Origin: Candidatus Aminicenantes bacterium
GTDB taxonomy: Bacteria; Acidobacteriota; Aminicenantia; Aminicenantales; Saccharicenantaceae
DNA length: 64,000 nt
Assembly (NCBI GenBank): GCA_026393975.1
Contig: JAPKZD010000003.1
Span: 161,814 to 225,813, forward strand
Reading direction: 5' to 3'
Position 1 is the stretch's first letter, and every line of letters starts with the position of its first letter. The translations under genes were made by a program, and so were the position numbers. The notes below the pieces were generated by a model. The model made no database searches. It was not told the origin of the DNA and saw nothing but the letters and a program-made list of their open reading frames with translations. Shown one piece after another: positions 44,150-53,443 of this stretch.

Positions 44150-44998
44150 ATGAAAAAATTCACCGCCATCGTCGGCCTGTTTTTCGTCCTTTTGGCTGGG
44201 CCGGGTCTTTACGCCCAGACGACCCCGGACGAAACGCTCTTCAGGGAGGCCAAGCTCCTCGTCTTCGACAAGAGCTGGGAGGCCGCCTTGATCAAGCTCG
44301 ACGACCTCCGCGAGAAATTCCCCAACGGCCCCTATGCCGGCCAGGCCCTCTTTTATAAGGGAGAGTGCCTGAGCGGTCTCGACGGCCGGGAGAGGGACGC
44401 CCTGCGGGCCTACAAGGACTATATCCAGCTTGCCGACGCCAAGCCCAGCCTCGTCGAGGAATCCGAAGGCTCGATCATCGATCTGGCTTTCGCGCTCTAT
44501 GAAAAGGGCGACGCGTCCGCGCTCCGGGACATCGAAGGCCGGCTCGAACACGGCAACAAGGTCGTCCGCTACTACGCGGCCTACAAGCTGAGTCTTGTCC
44601 AGGATAAGAAGTTGGCCGCCAAGGCCGCGCCCGTCCTCATGAAGATCGTCGAGTCCGAGAAGGACCCGGAGCTCCTCGACCGGGCCCGGATCGCCCTCCT
44701 CCGCGTTTCTCCCGAGAGCCTGAAATCCGTCGAGGACAGGAAGCCCGCGTCCAACTCCCCCCGGATGCTCAAGATCCGGATCTGGAATAAAGGCCAAAAA
44801 GAACCCGCATTCTCGCTCAACATCCCCTGGGCCCTGGCCGACCTGGCCCTGGGCGCCATGGACGAGGAAGACAAGGCGGCCATCCGGAAGAAAGGTTACG
44901 ACCTGACCAAGATCGTGAACGAGTTGGCTAAGTCCAAGGAGAGCATCCTCCGGATCGTGGGCGACGACGGCTCGGTCATCGAGATCTGGATCGAATGA
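44150..44998 (+). CDS. Secreted protein with TPR/HEAT-like N-region and a conserved C-terminal domain ending DDGSVIEIWIE
   Basis: Starts 1 nt after the anti-sigma TGA. Signal peptide (FFVLLAGPGLYAQ). HEAT-like VVRYYAAYKL...LLDRARIAL. The C-terminal ~80 aa are paralogous to the next gene. Confidence 0.6.
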   Translation: MKKFTAIVGLFFVLLAGPGLYAQTTPDETLFREAKLLVFDKSWEAALIKLDDLREKFPNGPYAGQALFYKGECLSGLDGRERDALRAYKDYIQLADAKPSLVEESEGSIIDLAFALYEKGDASALRDIEGRLEHGNKVVRYYAAYKLSLVQDKKLAAKAAPVLMKIVESEKDPELLDRARIALLRVSPESLKSVEDRKPASNSPRMLKIRIWNKGQKEPAFSLNIPWALADLALGAMDEEDKAAIRKKGYDLTKIVNELAKSKESILRIVGDDGSVIEIWIE

Positions 44999-45020
44999 TA
45001 AAGGAAAGAGGAGAAGAGAC

Positions 45021-45404
45021 ATGAAAAAAATAGCGCTCGTCATCTTAGGTGTCTTCTGTCTGGGAATTCTTGCCGCCCCGGCCGCCGCGGCCAACCACAA
45101 CGACTTCAAGGTCATTCAAAAAGCCGTCAAGCAGAACCCGGCCTACGAGGAGGGCAAGGAAGTCAAGTGGTTCAAGGTCCTCATCACGGACGGCAAGACG
45201 AATGACGCCAAGGTCAAGGTGACCCTGCCCATCGCGCTCGTGGAGGTCCTCATCAACTGCACCGACAGCCGGCACTTCAAAATCGACGACGGGGACTGCG
45301 ACATCGACCTCAAGGCCGTCTGGGCCGCGCTGAAGCAGGCCGGTCCCATGGCCCTCATCGAAATCCGCGACGACGGCGCCCTCATCAAGGTCTGGCTGGA
45401 ATAA
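45021..45404 (+). CDS. Small secreted protein; paralog of the C-terminal domain of the preceding gene (ends DDGALIKVWLE)
   Basis: 127 aa. Signal peptide (LGILAAPAAA). Shares ..K(I/V)-I..G...(I/L)P-AL..L....D(L/I).K(I/A)V..L...L..I.DDG..I..W.E with 44150..44998. GAGGAG RBS. Confidence 0.6.
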   Translation: MKKIALVILGVFCLGILAAPAAAANHNDFKVIQKAVKQNPAYEEGKEVKWFKVLITDGKTNDAKVKVTLPIALVEVLINCTDSRHFKIDDGDCDIDLKAVWAALKQAGPMALIEIRDDGALIKVWLE

Positions 45405-45436
45405 GAGAGAAAAACTCTTCTTTCCACTAATTATAG

Positions 45437-45574
45437 GGCCGAGGGGTGTCGTCGGCGGAAGCATAAAGCGGTGATTTAGCCTGCCCGGGACGGAGACGCG
45501 GACTCCTCCCATCGACTTCGGACCGGGAAGGCGTTAAGAATCACCGCAGCGGACGGGGACGATATCCCGAGGCC
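45437..45574 (+). repeat. Structured intergenic repeat, copy D (plus orientation), abutting the leuC promoter
   Basis: GGCCGAGGGGTGTCGTCGGCGGAAGCATAAAGCGGTGATTTAGCCTGCCCGGGACGGAGACGCGGACTCCTCCCATCGACTTCGGACCGGGAAGGCGTTAAGAATCACCGCAGCGGACGGGGACGATATCCCGAGGCC. Confidence 0.8.
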
Positions 45575-45577
45575 ACG

Positions 45578-45606
45578 TTGACAAGGCCTCCGGGCCCCCA
45601 TAAAAT
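45578..45606 (+). promoter_or_regulatory. Putative sigma70 promoter of leuCDB (TTGACA-17-TAAAAT)
   Basis: Consensus -35 at 45578-45583, a 17-nt spacer (aggcctccgggccccca, self-complementary), -10 at 45601-45606. AGGAGG RBS, then TTG start at 45627. Confidence 0.5.
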
Positions 45607-45626
45607 GGGGGAGCCAGGAGGTATAT

Positions 45627-46880
45627 TTGGGCAAAACGCTGACGGAGAAGGTCCTCGGCCGCAAGGCGGGGAAGGACGTCCAAGCCGGAGAAGTCATCAC
45701 GATTTCCCCGGACGTCATCCTCTCCCACGATAATTCGGCGGCCATCATCCAGGAGTTCCGCAAGCTCGGCGTCAAGAAGGTCAGGGCGCCCGAGAAGATC
45801 GTTATCGTCCTCGACCACATCGTCCCCGCCTCCGACGAAAAGTACGCCCAGAACCACAAGTCCATTCGTGAGTTCGTCGCCGAGCAGGGGATCCCCAATT
45901 TCTTCGACATCAACGCCGGCATCTGTCACCAGGTCCTGCCCGAACAGGGATTCGCCCTTCCCGGCAAGGTCATCGTTGGCAGCGACTCCCACACGCCGAG
46001 CTATGGCGCGCTCGGGGCCTTCGCCACCGGCATCGGCCGGACCGAGACCGCCTGCACGTGGGCCACGGACGAGATCTGGCTCCGGGTGCCGGAAACCATG
46101 CGCATCGACCTCTCGGGTCGTTTCCGGGCCGGAGTATTCGCCAAGGACCTCAGCCTGAAGCTCATCGGGGACCACGGCGCCGAGATGGCCAACTACAGGG
46201 CCGTCGAGTTCGCCGGGCCCGCGGCCGGCGATTTCAGCGTCGGGGCCCGGCTGACCCTGGCCAACATGTCCGCCGAGATGGGCGCCAAGAACGGCTATTT
46301 TGCCCCGGACGCGAAGACCCTGAAATGGCTCGAAGGCCGGGCCCGAGGGCCTTTCGTCGTCGCCTCGTCGGACCCGGACGCCCGCTTCGAATCCATCCTC
46401 GCCTACGACCTCGATGCGCTCGAGCCCCAGGTCGCCTGCCCGCACACGGTCGACAACGTCAAGCCCATCGGGGCCGTCGCCGGCAAGCCCGTCAACCAGG
46501 TCCTCATCGGTACGTGCACCAACGGGCGCCTCGAAGACCTCGAGGCCGCCGCGGCTATTTTCAAGGGCCGCAAGGTCCATTCGGGCGTGCGCTGCCTCGT
46601 CATTCCCGCCTCGTGGGAAGTCTACCGGGAGGCGCTCAAAAGCGGCGCCCTCGCCATTCTGGCCGATGCCGGATGCGTCATCCTCAACTCGGGCTGCGGG
46701 CCGTGCCTCGGCGCCCACGAGGGCATCATGGCCGCGGGCGAGATCTGCCTCAGCACGTCGAACCGCAACTTCCGGGGCCGCATGGGCCACCGCGATTCGG
46801 AGATCTACCTGGCCTCGCCGGCTACGGCCGCGGCCACCGCTGTCGCGGGCAAGATCGCCGACCCGAGGGAATTCGCATGA
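45627..46880 (+). CDS. leuC: 3-isopropylmalate dehydratase large subunit (short, LeuC type-2 / aconitase family)
   Basis: 417 aa. Aconitase-family Cys ligands ([17 protein letters not shown]). TTG start. Confidence 0.9.
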   Translation: MGKTLTEKVLGRKAGKDVQAGEVITISPDVILSHDNSAAIIQEFRKLGVKKVRAPEKIVIVLDHIVPASDEKYAQNHKSIREFVAEQGIPNFFDINAGICHQVLPEQGFALPGKVIVGSDSHTPSYGALGAFATGIGRTETACTWATDEIWLRVPETMRIDLSGRFRAGVFAKDLSLKLIGDHGAEMANYRAVEFAGPAAGDFSVGARLTLANMSAEMGAKNGYFAPDAKTLKWLEGRARGPFVVASSDPDARFESILAYDLDALEPQVACPHTVDNVKPIGAVAGKPVNQVLIGTCTNGRLEDLEAAAAIFKGRKVHSGVRCLVIPASWEVYREALKSGALAILADAGCVILNSGCGPCLGAHEGIMAAGEICLSTSNRNFRGRMGHRDSEIYLASPATAAATAVAGKIADPREFA

Positions 46881-47368
46881 GCCAAGGAAAAGTCTGGAAA
46901 TACGGCGACAACGTCAACACGGACGTCATCTTCCCCGGCCGCTACACCTACCAGATCATGCCGCCCGAGGAGATGGCCAAGCACGCCCTCGAGGACCTCG
47001 ATCCGGAGTTCGCCGGGAGCGTCCGGCCGGGCGACATCATCGTGGCCGGTAAGAACTTCGGCTGCGGCTCGTCCCGGGAACAGGCGGCGGCCTGCCTCAA
47101 GGGCGCGGGCGTCCGGGCCGTCGTGGCCCGGTCCTTCGCCCGTATCTATTTCCGCAACGCCATCAACCTCGGCCTGGCCGTCCTCCAGTGCGACGAGGCC
47201 GTCGAGGCTCTGGAGAAGGGCGACGCCGTCGATCTCGATCTCGCCAAGGGCGAGATCCGCTCTGCCAAGGGCACCTTTCGCTTCCTGCCTCTCCCGGATT
47301 CCGTCATCGGCATCCTCGACGCCGGCGGCCTGCTCGAATACACCAAGAAGAAACTCGCAAAGGAGTGA
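46877..47368 (+). CDS. leuD: 3-isopropylmalate dehydratase small subunit
   Basis: [23 protein letters not shown].. aconitase swivel domain. ATGA overlap with leuC. Confidence 0.9.
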   Translation: MSQGKVWKYGDNVNTDVIFPGRYTYQIMPPEEMAKHALEDLDPEFAGSVRPGDIIVAGKNFGCGSSREQAAACLKGAGVRAVVARSFARIYFRNAINLGLAVLQCDEAVEALEKGDAVDLDLAKGEIRSAKGTFRFLPLPDSVIGILDAGGLLEYTKKKLAKE

Positions 47369-47370
47369 CC

Positions 47371-48486
47371 ATGTCCAAGTACAAGATCGCCATCCTCCCC
47401 GGGGACGGGGTAGGGAAGGACGTCGTCGAAGCGACGATGATCGTCCTCGCCAAGGTCGGCCTCGACGCCGAGTACATCTATGGGGACATCGGCTGGGAAT
47501 TCTGGTGCGCCGAAGGGAACCCCCTGCCCGACCGGACGCTCAGGCTCCTCCGTGAAACCGACGCCTGCCTTTTCGGGGCCATCACCTCAAAGCCCAGGGA
47601 GGACGCCGCGGCTGAGCTCGCGCCCGCCCTGAAGGGAAAGGGCCTGTCTTACTTCAGCCCGATCGTCCGTTTGCGCCAGGAATTCGACCTCTACCAGAAC
47701 CTCCGGCCCTGCAAGGCCTACTCGGGCAATCCTCTGAATTATAAGGAAGGGATCGACCTCGTCATCTTCCGGGAGAACACCGAGGGGATGTACGCGGGCG
47801 TCGAATTCCTGCCCCTGCCCCAGGTCGTCCGGGACGCCCTCCTCATCCATCCCAAGATGAAGCGCTTCAAGGACGTCCCGGCGAACGAGATCGCCGTGTC
47901 GACCCGCATCATGACCAAGTCCGCCTGCGCCCGGATCGTCCGGGCCGCCTTCGAGTTCGCCCGCAAGTACGGCCGCAAATCGGTCACCCTCATCGAGAAA
48001 CCGAACGTCCTCCGCGAGACGGGCGGCCTGATGCTCGACACGGCCCGGGCCGTGGCCAAGGATTACCCGGAGATCCGGTTCTGGGACGCCAACGTCGACG
48101 CCATATGCATGTGGCTCCTCAAGAACCCCCACGACTACGACGTCCTCGTCGCCGAGAACCTCTTTGGCGACATCGTCTCGGACCTCGCCGCCCAGCTTGT
48201 CGGCGGACTGGGTTTCGCCTGCAGCGGCAATATCGGCGACACGTACGCCGTCTTCGAGCCGACGCACGGCTCGGCGCCCAAGTACTCGGGCATGTACAAA
48301 GTCAACCCTATCGCCACCATCCTCGCGGCCAAGATGATGCTCGACTGGATCGGCGAGACGGACAAAGGGCGGGCGATCGAGGCCGCGATCGCTGAAGTCA
48401 TCCTGGAAGGGAAGGAGCGGACCTACGACATGGGCGGACACTCGACGAGCCTCGACATGGGCCGGGCCGTCGCCGCCAAGCTCTAG
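47371..48486 (+). CDS. leuB: 3-isopropylmalate dehydrogenase (isocitrate/isopropylmalate dehydrogenase family; homoisocitrate DH not excluded)
   Basis: IAILPGDGVGKDV.. and NLFGDIVSDLAAQLVGGLG motifs. AGGAG RBS. Confidence 0.8.
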   Translation: MSKYKIAILPGDGVGKDVVEATMIVLAKVGLDAEYIYGDIGWEFWCAEGNPLPDRTLRLLRETDACLFGAITSKPREDAAAELAPALKGKGLSYFSPIVRLRQEFDLYQNLRPCKAYSGNPLNYKEGIDLVIFRENTEGMYAGVEFLPLPQVVRDALLIHPKMKRFKDVPANEIAVSTRIMTKSACARIVRAAFEFARKYGRKSVTLIEKPNVLRETGGLMLDTARAVAKDYPEIRFWDANVDAICMWLLKNPHDYDVLVAENLFGDIVSDLAAQLVGGLGFACSGNIGDTYAVFEPTHGSAPKYSGMYKVNPIATILAAKMMLDWIGETDKGRAIEAAIAEVILEGKERTYDMGGHSTSLDMGRAVAAKL

Positions 48487-48509
48487 GCGCCGAACCGACG
48501 GGCGGATAC

Positions 48510-49196
48510 ATGCTCATCCTCGCGGTCGACACGACGACGCCCAGCGGCTCCGTGGCCCTTCTCGAGGACGACGTCCTCCTCGGCGAGGCCAACATCGAGT
48601 CGGCCGCGACCCATTCGGCGCGTCTCCTCCGGTCTGTCGATTTCCTGCTCGGGACGCACGGCCGGGACGTCAAGGACGTCGGCGCCTTCGCCGTGGCCGC
48701 GGGCCCGGGGTCTTTCACCGGCATCCGCATCGGCGTCGGCGCCGTCAAGTCCCTGGCCTTCGCCTCGGGGAAGCCCGTCGCGCCCGTGTCGACGCTCCTG
48801 GCCTTGGCCGTGAAGTTAGCCGCCGATGGGCCCCGCCTCGTCTGCCCTCTCCTCGACGCGAAAAAAGAAGAGATCTACGCCGGCCTGTTCGAAGCCCGGA
48901 AGGCCGGCCTGGCCGAGCTCATCCCCCAAGGCGCCTACGCCCCGGACGCTTTTTTCGCCCGGCTCCCCGCCCGGCGGGTCATCGCCTTCGCCGGGAGCGG
49001 TCTGGCTACTTACCGCGCGAGACTCCTGCCCTACGTCCGGGACAAGGCCCGCTTCCCGCGCCGGTCCTCGTTCCTCGCGGCCGAAGTCGGCCGTATCGGC
49101 TGCGGCATGATCCGCGAGGGGAAGGGGGTCGACGCCGCGTCGCTCGAGCCCTTCTATTTCCGGAGGTCGCAGGCCGAGGAAAAATGTCGACTTTGA
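48510..49196 (+). CDS. tsaB: tRNA threonylcarbamoyladenosine biosynthesis protein TsaB (YeaZ)
   Basis: MLILAVDTTTPSGSVALL.. ASKH-fold. Confidence 0.85.
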   Translation: MLILAVDTTTPSGSVALLEDDVLLGEANIESAATHSARLLRSVDFLLGTHGRDVKDVGAFAVAAGPGSFTGIRIGVGAVKSLAFASGKPVAPVSTLLALAVKLAADGPRLVCPLLDAKKEEIYAGLFEARKAGLAELIPQGAYAPDAFFARLPARRVIAFAGSGLATYRARLLPYVRDKARFPRRSSFLAAEVGRIGCGMIREGKGVDAASLEPFYFRRSQAEEKCRL

Positions 49197-49663
49197 TCGA
49201 GGGCGATAGCCGCCATTTCATCCGACGGATGCAGGAGGGCGACCTCCCCGCGGTCCGGGCCATCGAAGCCCTATCCTTTTCCAATCCCTGGAGCGACAAC
49301 ACATTCCGCGGCGAGATCCAGAACACGGCCATATCCTTCCCCTTCGTCGTCGTCCGGCGGCCGGGGAATGAGGTCGTCGCTTACATCGTCTTCTGGCAGA
49401 TCCGGGACGACGTCCAGGTCAACAACATCGCTGTCCACCCCGACTGCCGCGGCCTGGGCATCGGCGAAGCCTTGATGCGATTCGCCGTCGCCAAGGTCCG
49501 TAAAGAGGGCGCGGCCTTCATGACCCTCGAGGTCCGGCCGTCGAACACTGCGGCCGTCACCCTCTACCAGAAGCTCGGCTTCGAGGTCTTGGGCACGCGG
49601 GAAAACTATTATACGAAGCCCGACGAGGATGCCTTCGTCATGGGCCTCGTCCTGGATCAGTAA
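49184..49663 (+). CDS. rimI: Ribosomal-protein-alanine N-acetyltransferase RimI (GNAT)
   Basis: GNAT motifs (QVNNIAVHPDCRGLGIGEAL). Canonical tsaB-rimI pairing. Confidence 0.85.
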   Translation: MSTLIEGDSRHFIRRMQEGDLPAVRAIEALSFSNPWSDNTFRGEIQNTAISFPFVVVRRPGNEVVAYIVFWQIRDDVQVNNIAVHPDCRGLGIGEALMRFAVAKVRKEGAAFMTLEVRPSNTAAVTLYQKLGFEVLGTRENYYTKPDEDAFVMGLVLDQ

Positions 49664-50385
49664 TCGACGCGGACGAGCGTCAGGCCCTTGGCGGCGGCCG
49701 TCGGTCCGGCGAGCGTCCTGTCCTTGCGGCGGAAGATCTCCTCCACCTGGCCGGGCGGGATTCTGCCCCGGCCGACCTCGATGAGCGTCCCGACGATCGT
49801 CCGGACCATGTAGCGGAGGAAGCCCCCGGCTTCGATGGTATAGACGATCTCGGGTCCGGTCTTCCGGATCTCCGACCGGACCACGGTCCTCACCGGCGAG
49901 CGGTCGCGGTTGGATGAGAAAGCCGTGAAATCGTCGGTCCGAACGAACAAGCGGGCCGCCTGACGCATGGCCCTCAGGTCGAGGGGATAGGGCCAGTGGA
50001 GGACGTAGCGCCGGTCGAGGGGGCTCGGCTGGGGCGCGTGGACGATGCGATAGCGGTAGACTTTAGAGCGGGCCGATTTTCGGGCGTGGAAACCGGCTGG
50101 GACTTCGCCGAGGGAGAAGACACGGACGTCGGCGGGGAGGACGGCGTTGAGCGCCCGGAAAAGGTCGGAGTCGGCCAGCCGGAAGGCGCCGCGGAAACTG
50201 GCCACCTGGCCGAGTGCGTGGACGCCCGCGTCGGTCCGGCCCGCCCCGTGGACCACGGCTATTTTCTGGGTGACCTTGCGGACCGCCTCCTCGATGACGC
50301 CTTGGACCGTACGGCCGTCCGGCTGGCGCTGCCAGCCGCGGAAATCCGTGCCGTCGTAGGCGAGGACGATCCTGTAGTTCTTCAT
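49657..50385 (-). CDS. truA: tRNA pseudouridine(38-40) synthase TruA
   Basis: MKNYRIVLAYDGTDFRGWQRQ.. The internal ATG at 50385 is chosen over the longer ORF. Confidence 0.9.
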   Translation of the reverse strand: MKNYRIVLAYDGTDFRGWQRQPDGRTVQGVIEEAVRKVTQKIAVVHGAGRTDAGVHALGQVASFRGAFRLADSDLFRALNAVLPADVRVFSLGEVPAGFHARKSARSKVYRYRIVHAPQPSPLDRRYVLHWPYPLDLRAMRQAARLFVRTDDFTAFSSNRDRSPVRTVVRSEIRKTGPEIVYTIEAGGFLRYMVRTIVGTLIEVGRGRIPPGQVEEIFRRKDRTLAGPTAAAKGLTLVRVDY

Positions 50386-50386
50386 C

Positions 50387-50854
50387 TCAGGAAGAGAGGC
50401 CCTCGAGGGCCAGCCGGACAGCTTCCTCCGCGGTTTCCGCGACGGTGACGCCCCGGACATCCCAGGTCCGGAGGCCGACGACCTTCTTTCCGTGGATCAG
50501 GCCGTAGGCGATCTCCGAGAGCGTGCCGTACTCGCCGTCGACGGCGATGATCGCGTCGGCGTTCATGACGACCAGGGAATTGCGGGTGTAGCCGAGGCCC
50601 GTAGCGACGGGGATGTCGACCCAGGCGTTAGCGTCCGCCGGAGAATTTCCGGGCAGGATACCGACGACGAGGCCGCCCTCTTCGCGGGCCCCGCGCGCGG
50701 CCGCTTCCATGACCCCGCCGAGCCCGCCGCAGACGACGACCGCACCGGAGCGGGCGATGAGCCGGCCGACCTCGAGGGCCGTGTCCAGGGCCTGCCGGCC
50801 GGGCCGGCTGCCGCCGATGACGGCGATGCGGATTCTCTTCCGGATGTCTTTCAT
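50387..50854 (-). CDS. LOG/TIGR00725-family Rossmann-fold protein
   Basis: 155 aa. CGGLGGVMEAA and DGEYGTLSEIAYGL resemble the LOG PGGxGTxxE motif. Confidence 0.7.
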   Translation of the reverse strand: MKDIRKRIRIAVIGGSRPGRQALDTALEVGRLIARSGAVVVCGGLGGVMEAAARGAREEGGLVVGILPGNSPADANAWVDIPVATGLGYTRNSLVVMNADAIIAVDGEYGTLSEIAYGLIHGKKVVGLRTWDVRGVTVAETAEEAVRLALEGLSS

Positions 50855-50983
50855 GGGGCGTCCTTTCCTGCCGTTTCCGGCCTCATTCTATCACAGCCGC
50901 GGCGTTTCCGGGGCGTCCGCCCTTTATTGACTTCAAGCGGCGAGTATGCTAAAGAATGAGATAAATACCAGGATGTACGCGGT

Positions 50984-51757
50984 ATGTCATTCATAAACTA
51001 TGCGACAAAAACGATTGCTATCAAGATCGTCTACTACGGCCCCGGGCTGAGCGGGAAGACGACCAATCTCCGCTACATCTACTTGAAACTGGACAGCGCC
51101 TACCGGGGGGATCTCGTCTGCCTCGAGACCGACACCGACCGGACCTATTTCTTCGACCTCCTGCCCATCCGGGCCGGGATGATCGGCGAATTCAAGGTCC
51201 ACTTCCAACTCATGACGGTCCCGGGCCAGGTGTTCTACGAGGCCTCCCGCAAGAGCGTCCTCCGCGGTTCCGACGGCATCATCTTCGTCGCCGACTCCCA
51301 AATCCCGCTCCTCGACGCCAATCTGGAGAGCTTCGACGGCCTCCGTCGCAACTGCCTCCAGCACGACATCGACCTGATGAAGATTCCGCTCGTCTTTCAG
51401 TACAACAAGCGGGACCTCAGTTACCTCATCCCGGTCGAGACCTTCAATAACCTCCTCAACCCCCGCCACTCGCCCTGGGTCGAGGCCGTGGCCACAAACG
51501 GCGTCGGCGTCTTCGAATCGCTCCGCGAGATCTCGAAGCTCTCCGTCCCCATCGTCCGGGAGAAGCTCTTCGGGGAGAAACCGCACCGGGACTCCGACGC
51601 GAGCCAGTTCTCCGCCCGGGATCTCGAAGGCCTCCAGGAAAAGGGGCCGGAGGCGGGCGAGGCGAGGCCCGGGCAGTTGACCCAGGTCAAGGTCAAGTCC
51701 AGGCAGGAGGTCGAGGACGAACTCGACAAGCTGTCCAAGGAATACTTAAGGGAGTAA
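50984..51757 (+). CDS. mglA: MglA-family Ras-like small GTPase with ~65-aa charged C-terminal extension
   Basis: Near-collinear with Myxococcus MglA: KIVYYGPGLSGKTTNL (P-loop), ETDTDRTYFFDLLP (switch I Thr), TVPGQVFY (PGQ switch II), KIPLVFQYNKRDL (NKxD). Confidence 0.8.
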   Translation: MSFINYATKTIAIKIVYYGPGLSGKTTNLRYIYLKLDSAYRGDLVCLETDTDRTYFFDLLPIRAGMIGEFKVHFQLMTVPGQVFYEASRKSVLRGSDGIIFVADSQIPLLDANLESFDGLRRNCLQHDIDLMKIPLVFQYNKRDLSYLIPVETFNNLLNPRHSPWVEAVATNGVGVFESLREISKLSVPIVREKLFGEKPHRDSDASQFSARDLEGLQEKGPEAGEARPGQLTQVKVKSRQEVEDELDKLSKEYLRE

Positions 51758-51759
51758 AG

Positions 51760-51800
51760 GCCGGCCTCCCGGCCGGCGAGCAACTTTCTTTTTCCTCCTG
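51760..51800 (+). terminator. Possible terminator after the mglA-like gene
   Basis: GCCGGCC-TCCC-GGCCGGC hairpin 3 nt after the stop, then CTTTCTTTTTCC. Confidence 0.4.
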
Positions 51801-51842
51801 TGACACAAACACGGGGTGCGTTCGTCCTTATTATCGGGCCCC

Positions 51843-53363
51843 ATGCTGTTCAAGATCACGAGCGCCGCTCTCCAAGGGATCGAGGCTTTTCCCGTCGAGG
51901 TCGAGGTCGACATCTGCCCCGGCTTTCCGACGTTCGTCACGGTCGGCCTGCCCGACGCCGCCGTCCGGGAGAGCAAGGAACGTGTCCGGGCCGCTCTCAA
52001 GAACTGCGGCTACGACATGGAGTCGAAGAGGATCACCATCAACCTCGCCCCCGCCGACAGGCGGAAGGAGGGCTCGGCCTTCGACCTGCCCATCGCCCTC
52101 GGCTTTCTGGCCTACCTGGAGGTCGTCCCGGCGGCCCGCCTGCGTGACTATCTCTTCGCCGGCGAACTGGCTCTCGACGGGCGCCTCAAACCCGTGCGCG
52201 GCGTCCTGCCCGTCGCCCTGCTGGCCAAGAAAGCCGGGTTTCCGGGGATCGTCGTTCCGGTGGCGAACGCCCGGGAGGCGGCACTCGTCCGCGACCTCAA
52301 TGTTTACGGCCTCGAGGACCTCGTCCGGGTCGTCCGGCTTCTCCGCGATCCCGAAGAAGTCATGCCCTGCCGCTTCGATCCGCGGGAACTCGTTTCCGCG
52401 GCCAGCTACGCCGTGGATTTCGAGGACGTCAAAGGACAGCAGCACGTCAAGCGGGCGCTCGAAGTGGCCGCGGCCGGCTCCCACAACGTCCTCCTCGTCG
52501 GGCCGCCGGGCGCCGGCAAGACGATGCTGGCCCGGCGACTGCCGACCATTCTGCCCGAGATGACCTACGACGAGATGATCGAGGTCACCCGGGTCTACAG
52601 TGCGGCCGGGCTGCTCGCGGGTTCGGGACCGGTCAGCGCGCGGCCTTTCCGCTCCCCCCATCACACGGTGACCGACGCCGGGCTCGTCGGCGGGGGCAGC
52701 GTCCCCAAGCCGGGCGAAGTGAGCCTGGCCCATCACGGCCTCCTCTTCCTCGACGAGCTCCCCGAATTCCGACGCCGCGTCCTCGAGGACTTGCGTCAGC
52801 CCGTCGAGGACGGCCGGGTCACCGTATCGCGTTCGGGCTATTCCGTCACTTTCCCCGCGTCCTTTATGCTCGTCGCGGCCATGAACCCCTGTGCCGACGT
52901 TTTCCGGGGCGTCGTCTCGAAGGGGTCCGATTGCACGGACAGCGAAAAGGCCAGGTACTACTCCAAGATCTCCGGGCCGCTCCTCGACCGCATCGACATC
53001 CAGCTCGAGGTGCCCGAGGTCAAGTTCCGGGACATCGTTTCACGGACGCCGGCCGAGAGCTCGACGGCCATCCGGGCCAGGGTGACCCGGGCGAGGGAGC
53101 GGCAGATCGACCGGTTCGCCGGGCGTCGCGTCTTCGCCAACGCCCAGATGGGTCCCCGGGACGTCAAGCTCTTCTGCCCCATCCCGGCCGAGGCCGAGAA
53201 GCTCTTGGAGATGGCCGTGACCAAGCTCGGTTTCAGCGCCCGGGCGTTCGACCGCGTGCTCAAGGTCGCCCGGACGATCGCCGACCTCGACGGCAAGGAC
53301 GCGATCGAAACGCCCCACGTCTCCGAGGCCATCCAGTACCGGATGATGGACAGGTTCCGCTGA
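51843..53363 (+). CDS. comM: Mg-chelatase-like AAA+ ATPase ComM/YifB
   Basis: N-terminal Lon-like domain, AAA+ core (LLVGPPGAGKTMLARR), C-terminal ChlI domain. Confidence 0.85.
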   Translation: MLFKITSAALQGIEAFPVEVEVDICPGFPTFVTVGLPDAAVRESKERVRAALKNCGYDMESKRITINLAPADRRKEGSAFDLPIALGFLAYLEVVPAARLRDYLFAGELALDGRLKPVRGVLPVALLAKKAGFPGIVVPVANAREAALVRDLNVYGLEDLVRVVRLLRDPEEVMPCRFDPRELVSAASYAVDFEDVKGQQHVKRALEVAAAGSHNVLLVGPPGAGKTMLARRLPTILPEMTYDEMIEVTRVYSAAGLLAGSGPVSARPFRSPHHTVTDAGLVGGGSVPKPGEVSLAHHGLLFLDELPEFRRRVLEDLRQPVEDGRVTVSRSGYSVTFPASFMLVAAMNPCADVFRGVVSKGSDCTDSEKARYYSKISGPLLDRIDIQLEVPEVKFRDIVSRTPAESSTAIRARVTRARERQIDRFAGRRVFANAQMGPRDVKLFCPIPAEAEKLLEMAVTKLGFSARAFDRVLKVARTIADLDGKDAIETPHVSEAIQYRMMDRFR

Positions 53364-53443
53364 TTTTTATTTCCAGTTGCCGTTTTCGTCGGCGCTTGAT
53401 AGAATTCCCCGCAATGAATTCGATTCGCGAAAGGAGAGAGCCC

